Below, piece after piece: positions 52,033 through 60,107 of a stretch of 64,000 nucleotides of DNA. Below the pieces are notes generated by a model. That model was not told the origin of the DNA. It worked only from the letters and a program-made list of their open reading frames with translations, and ran no database searches. This stretch comes from an uncultured Pseudomonadota bacterium (lineage in GTDB: Bacteria; Pseudomonadota; Gammaproteobacteria; Burkholderiales; SG8-39), in contig CAWFPL010000007.1 in assembly GCA_963817785.1 (NCBI GenBank), positions 338,598 through 402,597 on the forward strand. The letters are read 5' to 3'. Both the position numbers and the translations under genes were made by a program. How positions within the stretch are numbered: the first letter of the stretch is position 1; each line of letters opens with the position of its first letter.

Positions 52033-52301
52033 CATTAGCGGCTCTTCAATGGATCCAAGCTTTAGAAAGCTTGACTCGCCTGAAAGTCAAAGCGGCGACA
52101 CCCCTCCCACCAGACCATAAAGTCAATTATCGAAACCCGGAGCGGTGGGTGCGAGGACGGTCTTGCTCTGCATGCCCCTCCATTTGCCAGGTGCGATGCC
52201 TTTCACTGGCTGCGGTTGCGACCAGAAGTCTGGTAGGGCCAGCTGCCGACGCCGCTTCCGGCTGTAGGCTGTCTCAGCACATGTGAAGCGACCAATGAAT
52301 C

Positions 52302-53132
52302 CTATTTTCGGTTTGGGCGGCGAACCACGCTCGTCCCATTCTCGTTGTAGCGCACCGGAAACGCATCAGGGTCATAGCGCGCGTCTAGCATCGAGGCCTC
52401 GGGCAATATCAGCGTCAGCACCTCACTCCCCATGGCCACGGAATGTTCGCGCACCTCGTATTCGCCGCCGTCGGCGTTCGTAAACCATGCGTCGGCTCCA
52501 GACTTTCGAAGCCCCGTTTCCTGCTTGCCGGAGATGAGCAGGTCGTACGCAAAGCTATCTTCGTCGAGTTCTTGCTTGAGATACCACCTGCGAGGGACGT
52601 CCGGCGTCCGTAAAAACCACCGCAGCCCACTGTCGTCGTAGCTGGTCAGGATGGCCGGCACGGTATTAACGTCGATAAGTCGAATCGCAGCACTCAAGAG
52701 TCCGCAGTCAAAATCTGCTGCGAGGAGAGCGAGGTCGTTTAGCGAAGGCGTCTTGATTTCCTTAATGCGCGGCTTAAACAGATGACCAGGCATTAGCAAG
52801 TGGGCCGCATAGTGATCCGCTTCGCGCTCCTTGGTTCGGTCTGCTGCAGCCAAGTTGACGGACACATCGTCGACGCGGCATCGGAAAGACTGTCCCCGAT
52901 GATGATGCCAGTGGCCGAGCTCGTGGCCGATGGAAAACCGCTGACGCGTCGGGCGGATGCCCTTCTGGATGGTCGCGATCGCGCGACCCCCTATGCCAAC
53001 GAGGGTCGCTTCGCACCCTTGCAGGCGCTCGTAGCGCACTTCCACGCCAGCCTCGAAGGCGATCGCTTCGACATCGATCTCCTTGGGTGCAGTGATGCCG
53101 AGCTCGGCGATGCATTCCTCGGCCGGGTGCAT
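52302..53132 (-). CDS. ImmA/IrrE-family zinc metallopeptidase with about 130-aa C-terminal domain
   Basis: HEXXH motif HELGHW with downstream E...HLLMP. Third gene of a tightly packed operon. Confidence 0.75.
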   Translation of the reverse strand: MHPAEECIAELGITAPKEIDVEAIAFEAGVEVRYERLQGCEATLVGIGGRAIATIQKGIRPTRQRFSIGHELGHWHHHRGQSFRCRVDDVSVNLAAADRTKEREADHYAAHLLMPGHLFKPRIKEIKTPSLNDLALLAADFDCGLLSAAIRLIDVNTVPAILTSYDDSGLRWFLRTPDVPRRWYLKQELDEDSFAYDLLISGKQETGLRKSGADAWFTNADGGEYEVREHSVAMGSEVLTLILPEASMLDARYDPDAFPVRYNENGTSVVRRPNRK

Positions 53133-53135
53133 GGG

Positions 53136-53537
53136 CTACTGAGGCTCGTCCGTGGGGGAGATTCCGAGCTCTCTCAACTGCCGATAGATGCGAAGCACAT
53201 CGTCGTCGGACATTTCCTTGAGGTCCCTCGCCGCTAGAGTGAATCGCGGATTGTTAACCGCTTCCGCGATGACGCGCCGAGCCTCGCCGACGTCGATAGG
53301 CTCCTCGACAGCCGGGACCATTGTACGGCGATCCAATGCCCGCCGGGCGGCCTGCAATCGGCGCTTTCCAGCCTCCTGCCGCGCGGCCTGCACAATTTCG
53401 GCAAACCGCGCGCGCTCGGGGGCTCCCGTCTGCGGAGCGCCAAGGATATCTTCCTCCGGCTGTTGCTGCAGGCTCTCGAGATAACCATCGATGAACGCCT
53501 GAAGTTGTTGTACGGCGTTCCCCTTGCTGTCGCTCAT
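53136..53537 (-). CDS. hypothetical 133-aa protein between the sigma-like and ImmA genes
   Basis: ATG overlaps the upstream stop (ATGA). Its own stop lies 3 nt before the ImmA start. No HTH recognised. Confidence 0.55.
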   Translation of the reverse strand: MSDSKGNAVQQLQAFIDGYLESLQQQPEEDILGAPQTGAPERARFAEIVQAARQEAGKRRLQAARRALDRRTMVPAVEEPIDVGEARRVIAEAVNNPRFTLAARDLKEMSDDDVLRIYRQLRELGISPTDEPQ

Positions 53538-54142
53538 TTTTGCCTCCAAGGTCTCGCCAACTCCTTGCACTTTCGGTGCATCCGCTTTCGGATCGTGTCG
53601 AGCTCAGACTCGGTCACGCGCAGCGATTCGCGAAGCTCATCGCCCCTCAGACCCTTGGCGAGCTCCTCGATCAGCACCGAAACGTCTACGTCGTCCTGAA
53701 ATAGAGCTTCGATCTTGCCTAAGGCCTGCCGGGCGGCGGCCAAGCGCTCGGGGTCGCGCAGCTCGACTGCTTCGGGCCCGCGCTCCTCTTCCTCCTCGGC
53801 GTCTTCCGGGTCGGAAAAAACGTCGATGCGTGACCGTCGGCTCGCCTTCGCAGCCGCGTTTGCGATGCTGCTCATCGCCTTCCATAAGAATGGCACGATG
53901 GCCAGGCCGCGGGGGCACCTGCGCTGGAGGGCAAAGGCGCGCACCAAGGCCTCCTGCAAGAGGTCCTCCGGAGATTCGAACCCATTGATGTAACAGAACA
54001 ATTCCGCCCCGCGCTGGAGGATGGCTTCCTCCTTCGCGGTGAGGGCAGCGATAGCCGCCTCAACCTCAGCACGCGACAGAGCATCTACAGCGTCCGGCGC
54101 ATCCAATTCCTGCAAGGTCGCCTCCTCTGAGACATGCTCCAT
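53534..54142 (-). CDS. ECF-type sigma-70-like protein
   Basis: Start at M98 of the track ORF. PEDLLQEALVRAF resembles region 2. LRGDELRESLRVTESELDTIRKRMHRKCKEL resembles the region 4 HTH. Confidence 0.5.
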   Translation of the reverse strand: MEHVSEEATLQELDAPDAVDALSRAEVEAAIAALTAKEEAILQRGAELFCYINGFESPEDLLQEALVRAFALQRRCPRGLAIVPFLWKAMSSIANAAAKASRRSRIDVFSDPEDAEEEEERGPEAVELRDPERLAAARQALGKIEALFQDDVDVSVLIEELAKGLRGDELRESLRVTESELDTIRKRMHRKCKELARPWRQK

Positions 54143-54444
54143 CGGCGCAGTTTGCGGACACGCCGAAAAAAATTCTTTGCATGTCCGGAGATGCCGAGCA
54201 TGGAGCCTTTCTATATGTAGGCGGCGGCGGCGGCCGGCTCGGGGATCTACAGCGGGCTGGAGCAATCGCGGGCTACGGAGCGGAAATGTAAGGGCATAAC
54301 CGATGGACGCACAAGCCGAGCAATTGCTTCTGGAGATTGGCATACAGCTCGACGCCGGGATATTTCCGAAAGTCAAAAACGGGGGATTCGTGATGCCCGG
54401 CGAGCCCTCCCGACCTCTACCTAATCGGGGCAAGGAGAAGTCAG

Positions 54445-55220
54445 ATGGAGAAGGACAAGAGCGAGAAGGACCGCGGGAAACAGGAGAATCCCGGCCATGG
54501 CGAGGAGATCCCAGGCCGCGGCCAGGGCAACTCGGGCGACCACGGCCGTCCGGACCACTCTGGGCGGCCGGTAAAGCCGCACCGGTCGTCAGCGCGCTGG
54601 ATCAGTACGAGCAGGAAGTAAGTGCGCTGCAAGCGATTTACCCAGACGCGCGGTCTTGGAGAACGCAACGGGGGGTATGGCTTGCCGTTAGAGCAAGGCT
54701 GCTCCCCGGGCTACGCGAGCACGCGCTCTTCCTCATGGGCGTGCCCGCCGTCACCGGCGTGGTCCGAAGCTGGGCGTTCTGGGTAGATCCTATCTTTCTT
54801 CCCGTTTGGATTGGTCCCCGTCACACAAACTTCGGCGACGGCTCCATCTGCGCCTTCGAGCCGGCCGATGGCACATGGAGCTTCGGGGATTCGCTCATCG
54901 AGCTCGTGGACATGTACGCGGTCTGGGCTTTGAGGCATCTGCACCTGCGGCATACCGGGCGGTGGCCGGGCCCCCAGGCCGTACATCGTCCCTACGAACG
55001 GCTCCTCGAAATAGGATCCGACGAGCGGTGTGGTTGCCCGACACCCCGGGGAACATACTCACGATGCTGCCGCAGTCGTGACCTCGGCCGCGACCGCATC
55101 GCTGACGCGGTGGACTTCCTGATCTTTTCGCGCTGGCAGCTCCGTCGTCCGCTGCCGGTCGTGGAGCAATTTGTCTCCACCGGCTTTCGAAACATCGAAA
55201 TGCTCGAAAGACTCATCTGA
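54445..55220 (+). CDS. UBC/E2-like protein with C-terminal SEC-C-like Cys motif; frame changes near 54575-54595 as written
   Basis: ATG at 54445 follows AGGAGA, and that frame has GC-rich third positions but stops at 54621. The E2-like body (RHTNFGDGSICAFEPADGTWS; CGCPTPRGTYSRCC) is in the frame of track ORF 54303..55220. Confidence 0.45.
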
Positions 55221-55499
55221 CGCCGGCATCGCAGTGGCGTAAGGGACCGCTTGCGGTTGCGTACTCAGTCGCGGCTAATCCAGCGTTGACGGCCGCGGAA
55301 GCGCACCCTCTTAACGATGTCGTCGGCGTCCCCCAAAAACCAGCTCCAGATGATGTGCGTGTTGCGGCCTTTCGCCTCGCGCGCGTTAGTATCCATAATT
55401 CGCATTATCGACGCTGAGCTCTCCGGCCGCACGACCGCTTGGGGTCGCATTCCGACCGCTGTACGCTCGCCTTGAGAGCTGGACGCAGGAGATCGAGTA

Positions 55500-56390
55500 G
55501 TGGGTAGCATTTTCGTCGTCGGAGCGGGCCTTTCCAAGACATGTGGGATAGCGACGGATTTGGAGATGCTCGATCAACTCAATCCGTTGCTACGGCGTAC
55601 GCCGTCAAAGGAAGATATCGCGTTCCGAGTCGCGCCGGAGAGGTGGAAAACGACGATCGAATCTCTGCGTGAGCAACTGTTCCATTATCGCGCAGGAGTC
55701 GGGTTCGAGTTGTTTATGTCAACGCTCTGGGCGGCGAAGTATTCGGCTTACTATCTAGAGCTCGACAGGAATATCTTTCGCGAAGAGGAGCGGGAGCTCC
55801 AGCGCGCTCTCAAGAGATACCTAAAGGACTGCGTGCGCCGAATTGATTGGGGTGAGTCGGGCGGGAGGACGATTCTAGAGCTTGTGCGGTCGATTAACTG
55901 GAATACAGACTTCGTAATAACGTTCAATTATGACCAACTGCTCGAGGCCGCTGCGGCTCGGTCGGGTCTTCGAACGGAAAATCGCATCCTCCATCTCCAC
56001 GGCGCAATGAACGAGCGGACGCTGGCTTGGCCGATCTATGCGAAGTTCGCCTATCGAACGACGAAGACTGCATTGGGTAAGCGCTGGAAGCGAGCTTTCC
56101 AGATACTTCGCGGACAGAGGGAAATCGATCGAGTGGATCGCCTTATCTTTATCGGCTATTCCATGCCGTCGTCAGATCTCGAAGCGTTGACCCTGTTTCT
56201 CTACACTGATTGGTACAACAGTCGCGACACGCACAACTATTCGGTAATGGTGGTAAACCCGAGCGACGTGCAGAACAACTATGCGTTTCTCCGAAAGGTC
56301 CCGGAGTACCGGCAACAGACTCTTGCCGATTGGTTGAGGAGTTCAAAGACACCTCCTGCGGGGCAACCGAATTTAGATCAAGCTACGTAA
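55500..56390 (+). CDS. stand-alone SIR2-like (SIR2_2 family) protein
   Basis: GTG start 8 nt after AGGAG. Motifs VVGAGLS, ITFNYDQLLE, LHLHG, LIFIGYSMPSSD. Confidence 0.7.
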   Translation: MGSIFVVGAGLSKTCGIATDLEMLDQLNPLLRRTPSKEDIAFRVAPERWKTTIESLREQLFHYRAGVGFELFMSTLWAAKYSAYYLELDRNIFREEERELQRALKRYLKDCVRRIDWGESGGRTILELVRSINWNTDFVITFNYDQLLEAAAARSGLRTENRILHLHGAMNERTLAWPIYAKFAYRTTKTALGKRWKRAFQILRGQREIDRVDRLIFIGYSMPSSDLEALTLFLYTDWYNSRDTHNYSVMVVNPSDVQNNYAFLRKVPEYRQQTLADWLRSSKTPPAGQPNLDQAT

Positions 56391-56558
56391 CGAAAGCGCT
56401 AGTAGTCAGTACTACCGGTCGGGGATGGCCGCTTCGGGTCTGGTGCCGTCCGTCGCCGCTGACGAACGCGGCCATTCACCCAGCGTAGCAAGTCAACGTC
56501 TGCAACCTGCGCGACACCAGTCATTCAACTGAGCCAACGCCACTGGCAGCAACGGCCG

Positions 56559-58168
56559 GATTCTGTTGAAAAACCTCGCCGGTGATCGAATCTTTGGTCC
56601 CATGAAGTGTCCGATCTTCCAGTGCATTGAGGGAGCACTTCAAGATGATGGGACAGCAATCGGGCGGGCAAGAGCGACTGTTCTATTCGTTCAATCTTGA
56701 AGATCACGTTCCGGCGAAGCACCTGCTGCGCGGCATCGACCGATGCCTCGATCTGAGCGGGCTGCGCGAACACCTGGCCAAGTATTACAGCCACACGGGT
56801 CGGCCCTCGGTCGATCCGGAACTGATGGTGCGGATGCTGATCATCGGCTACAGCTACGGCATTCGTTCGGAGCGCCGCCTGTGCGAGGAGGTGCATCTGA
56901 ACCTCGCGTATCGCTGGTTCTGTCGTCTTGGTCTGGAGGATGCCGTACCGGAGCATTCCACCTTCTCCAAGAACCGGCATGGGCGATTTCGCGAGAGCGG
57001 CGCGTTTCGCTGGGTGTTTGAGGAGGTGGTGCGTTGCTGCATGGCGGCGGGCCTGGTCAAGGCAGAGGGCTTTGCGGTGGACGCGAGTCTGATTGCTGCC
57101 AACGCAAGCCATCAGCACAGCGTTGCGCCCGGTGAGCATTGCGATTGGAACAATCCCCAGATCGACACGCGCGCGATGCGCGAGTATCTGGCGGCCCTGG
57201 ATGATGAGGAGCTTGCCGCGGCAGCGTCGCGCAAGCTATCGCTCAGCGACCCGCACGCGCGCTGGACGGCGGCGACCGGAGGCATCGCCTTCTTCGCCTA
57301 CTCGACCAACTATCTGATCGACGTGGCTCATGGGGTGATCCTCGACGTGCAAGCGACGCCTGCTCACCGTACGGCGGAAGTCGAATCCACCAAGACCATG
57401 ATCGAGCGGGTCGAAGAGCACTTCGATCTCAAACCGCAGCGGCTCATCGCGGACATGGCCTATGGCTCGGCGCCGATGTTGGGCTGGATGGTCGAACAGA
57501 AGGCGATCGAGCCGCATGTGCCGGTGTGGGACAAGACCGAGCGCAAGGATGGCACCCTAGAGCGCGACGCCTTTCAATGGGACGAAGAAGCCGACGAATA
57601 CCGCTGCCCGCAGGGCTACGCCTTGCGCCGCCAATGGCGTCCCTTCAAGAACTCGCGCACGCACATCACCCAAGGCGAAACCGTCATCTATCGCTCAAGT
57701 AAGCGCAGTTGCACCGTCTGTCCGATGAAACCCCGGTGCTGCCCGAATACGCCCTTTCGCAAGATTGCCCGCAGCACCCACGAGTCGGCGCGTGACGTTG
57801 CTCGACGCATCGCCACCACGGCGGCGTATCAACGATCGCGCTGCGAGCGCAAGAAGGTCGAGATGCTCTTCGCGCACCTTAAGTCCATCCTCAAGCTCGA
57901 TCGCCTACGGCTTCGCGGACTCAGTGGCGCCACGGATGAATTCACCCTTGCCGCCACCGCCCAGAATTTGCGGCGTCTGGCCAAGCTCGTCTCACCGGCA
58001 CCACCGCTTCACGGGATAGGTGCGCCCGCATGAGGTGAAACCCTCCGAATTAGCCGACAAGCAAGGCTTCAAAGCCCAGTGCCGGGCACCAAAGCCCATC
58101 ACCTCGCGTCATTACTGCCAATATCCAAGCGCCAGTTCAGCCGCAACGTCGAGTTCTTCAACAGAATC
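56559..58168 (+). mobile_element. IS1182-family (IS5-like) insertion sequence
   Basis: Terminal inverted repeats GATTCTGTTGAAaAAC / GTTcTTCAACAGAATC enclose a single transposase gene. Confidence 0.8.
56645..58033 (+). CDS. IS1182-family transposase
   Basis: InsH-type N-terminus GRPSVDPELMVRMLIIGYSYGIRSERRLCEEV...AYRWFC and DDE-type C-terminus. Confidence 0.85.
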   Translation: MMGQQSGGQERLFYSFNLEDHVPAKHLLRGIDRCLDLSGLREHLAKYYSHTGRPSVDPELMVRMLIIGYSYGIRSERRLCEEVHLNLAYRWFCRLGLEDAVPEHSTFSKNRHGRFRESGAFRWVFEEVVRCCMAAGLVKAEGFAVDASLIAANASHQHSVAPGEHCDWNNPQIDTRAMREYLAALDDEELAAAASRKLSLSDPHARWTAATGGIAFFAYSTNYLIDVAHGVILDVQATPAHRTAEVESTKTMIERVEEHFDLKPQRLIADMAYGSAPMLGWMVEQKAIEPHVPVWDKTERKDGTLERDAFQWDEEADEYRCPQGYALRRQWRPFKNSRTHITQGETVIYRSSKRSCTVCPMKPRCCPNTPFRKIARSTHESARDVARRIATTAAYQRSRCERKKVEMLFAHLKSILKLDRLRLRGLSGATDEFTLAATAQNLRRLAKLVSPAPPLHGIGAPA

Positions 58169-58197
58169 GCCGAGGAGCGGCTGCTCGCGACGTCTTA

Positions 58198-59300
58198 TTG
58201 AGTATTTCCTAACCTCGTGACAACCGAATTGTTCCTCATGCGTTACTCGGGTGTTGGCATAACATCGGAGTTTGCGCATGAAGACGAAGAACAAAATCGA
58301 TGCCGGGGCGAAGCGCCGGGTGCGGGCGGCGCGGCTGCTTCAGGCCGGTCACGCTCCCGCGCGGGTGGCTGCTATGGTGGGCGCGCCGCGCCAGACGGTA
58401 TACCGCTGGAAGGGCGTGCTGGAGTCCGAGGGAATCGATGCGCTTCGGAGCGTGAGCAAGGGCGGGCGTCCCGCCCGACTCGGTGCCGAGGAACTGTCCA
58501 AGCTGCAAGTAGCTTTGCTCGAAGGCCCGACGGCGCACGGCTTTGGCACGTCGCTCTGGACGATCAAGCGGGTGCGCGTGTTTATCGAGCGGCGCTTCGG
58601 CGTTCACTACAGCGAGGTTCATGTCTGGCGGTTGCTCGGGCAGTTGGGCTTCTCCAGCCAGAAGCCCGATCGGCGTGCGCTGGAGCGCGATGATGTGGCC
58701 ATCGAGCATTGGAAGCGGCACACCTGGCCTGGGCTTAAAAAAAAGCCCGCCGCGAGGACCGGCTAATCGTCTTCATCGACGAATCGGGCCTGTCGCAGCG
58801 CCCCACGCGGGTGCGCACCTGGGCGGTGAGAGGCGAGACTCCGGTGCTCCAGTTCTGCTTCAACTGGGACCACGTCTCGGTGATCGCCGGAATGCACTAT
58901 CGCGGCGTGTGCTTTCGGCTTCACGAAGGCTCGGTCAAGAAAGAGCAGGTCCTCGAGTTCCTCAAGGCGCTCAAAGCCCACTATCGCCGCCGGCTTCTCA
59001 TCTTGTGGGATGGAGGCAGACCTCACCGCAGTCGCTTGGTGCGCGACTACGTGGACTCGACCGACGGCGACATCCAGCTCGAGTTCCTGCCCGGCTACGC
59101 CCCGGAACTCAACCCCGTGGAGTACCTCTGGGCTTGGCTCAAGCGCCATGCGCTGGCGAACTTCTGCCCCGAGACGTTGAGCGAACTCCAGCACACCGCT
59201 CGCGGCAAGCTGAAATCCGCCCAACGGCGCTCCGCCATCATCGCCTCCTGCTGGGAACAGGCTCAACTGTTCTAATGTCATGCGGTTAGGTAATACTCAA
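58198..59300 (+). mobile_element. IS630-family insertion sequence, copy 2 (same orientation, TA flanks)
   Basis: Collinear with copy 1. I saw four mismatches. It lies 29 bp from the IS1182 end. Confidence 0.9.
58278..59275 (+). CDS. IS630-family transposase (copy 2), -1 shift at an A8 run
   Basis: Same two-frame organisation as copy 1. Confidence 0.85.
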
Positions 59301-59400
59301 TAGCAGAGACCGGCACAGAGTGGACCCAGACGTTCAGGCAAAAAATCGCCCCGCCGGTGACTATTCACCGGCACTGCTCGATGCTCGGGCGAGTGCTCGG

Positions 59401-59943
59401 TCAACGCCCGATCGGGCACACCGCGTCCCAGCACGCATGCATCGAATCGTGCGAGCCGGGCTCGGGGCCGCTGCACAGGGCAAAGGGGTTGGCCGTGCAG
59501 CTGTTGTAGTAGCCGCCGGCCGCCGCGCCGGCCGCGTTTGCGGCTGCTGCGGCGCCAGAGCCGCCGTGGTCGGCAACGGGTCTCGGCAGGTCGCCTATCG
59601 TACCGCCTACCACGTAGTAGGCGGGGTTGTACTCCTTCACCATGTTGACGATATGCTGCGCGTCGTTGTTCCAGCACTGGCGTTTGCCGAGCGCGATGGT
59701 GTGGGAGTCAACGTCGCTGACTTGGATTGTCACGATGCCGTCTGGGGGCCGCTCCGAGTCGGGCGGGCAGACCCACTGGTACTCGAGGATCTTCTGTGCG
59801 TCCCCAGGCATAGATTGGATCTCTTTGGCGTAGCCGGTGTTGGTACCCCGATCGCCGAGATCCACGATCATGCCGTCGGCAAAGGCCGGGGCGACGATGA
59901 ATGTCGCGAGGAGAATCCAAAGCGGTTTCGGGGGGCGTTTCAC
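59401..59943 (-). CDS. secreted Cys-containing hypothetical protein
   Basis: Signal peptide MKRPPKPLWILLATFIVAPAFA. 180 aa with a Gly/Ala-rich stretch and six Cys. Confidence 0.55.
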   Translation of the reverse strand: MKRPPKPLWILLATFIVAPAFADGMIVDLGDRGTNTGYAKEIQSMPGDAQKILEYQWVCPPDSERPPDGIVTIQVSDVDSHTIALGKRQCWNNDAQHIVNMVKEYNPAYYVVGGTIGDLPRPVADHGGSGAAAAANAAGAAAGGYYNSCTANPFALCSGPEPGSHDSMHACWDAVCPIGR

Positions 59944-60077
59944 GGTGCGCTCCTGGCATCGTACGGCCGTACGACGTTAGCGCCCCGTGCAGTGTGCGGC
60001 TGCCGGAATGCGGGGTGGTGTATGGGCGGTATTCACAAACACAGGCACGGCGAGACAAATCGAACGCCGCGACGGGT

Positions 60078-60107
60078 ACCGGACATTATGTCCGGTGCCG
60101 TGGATAA
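60078..60107 (+). promoter_or_regulatory. 30-nt palindrome plus DnaA-box-like motif, copy 2
   Basis: ACCGGACATTATGTCCGGTGCCGTGGATAA, anchored on track ORF 59901..60107. Confidence 0.6.

Noticed and set aside
54303-54444. ATG at 54303 as the true start of the E2-like gene
   Set aside because: This stretch has mixed third-position composition and no ribosome-binding site. The overlapping frame from 54445 has a strong site and coding-like bias. I kept it only as an alternative.
55265-55537. 90-aa minus-strand ORF between the E2-like and SIR2 genes
   Set aside because: It overlaps the SIR2 start and has no ribosome-binding site. Only the last 40 or so residues look protein-like. It is possibly a gene fragment, but I could not assign a family.
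56430-56470. Possible attR (weak similarity to the tRNA-Asp 3' end, GTGCCGTCCGTCGCCGC)
   Set aside because: Only about 13 of 19 positions match and there is no T-arm. ICE-type genes and the second 30-nt motif continue well beyond this point.
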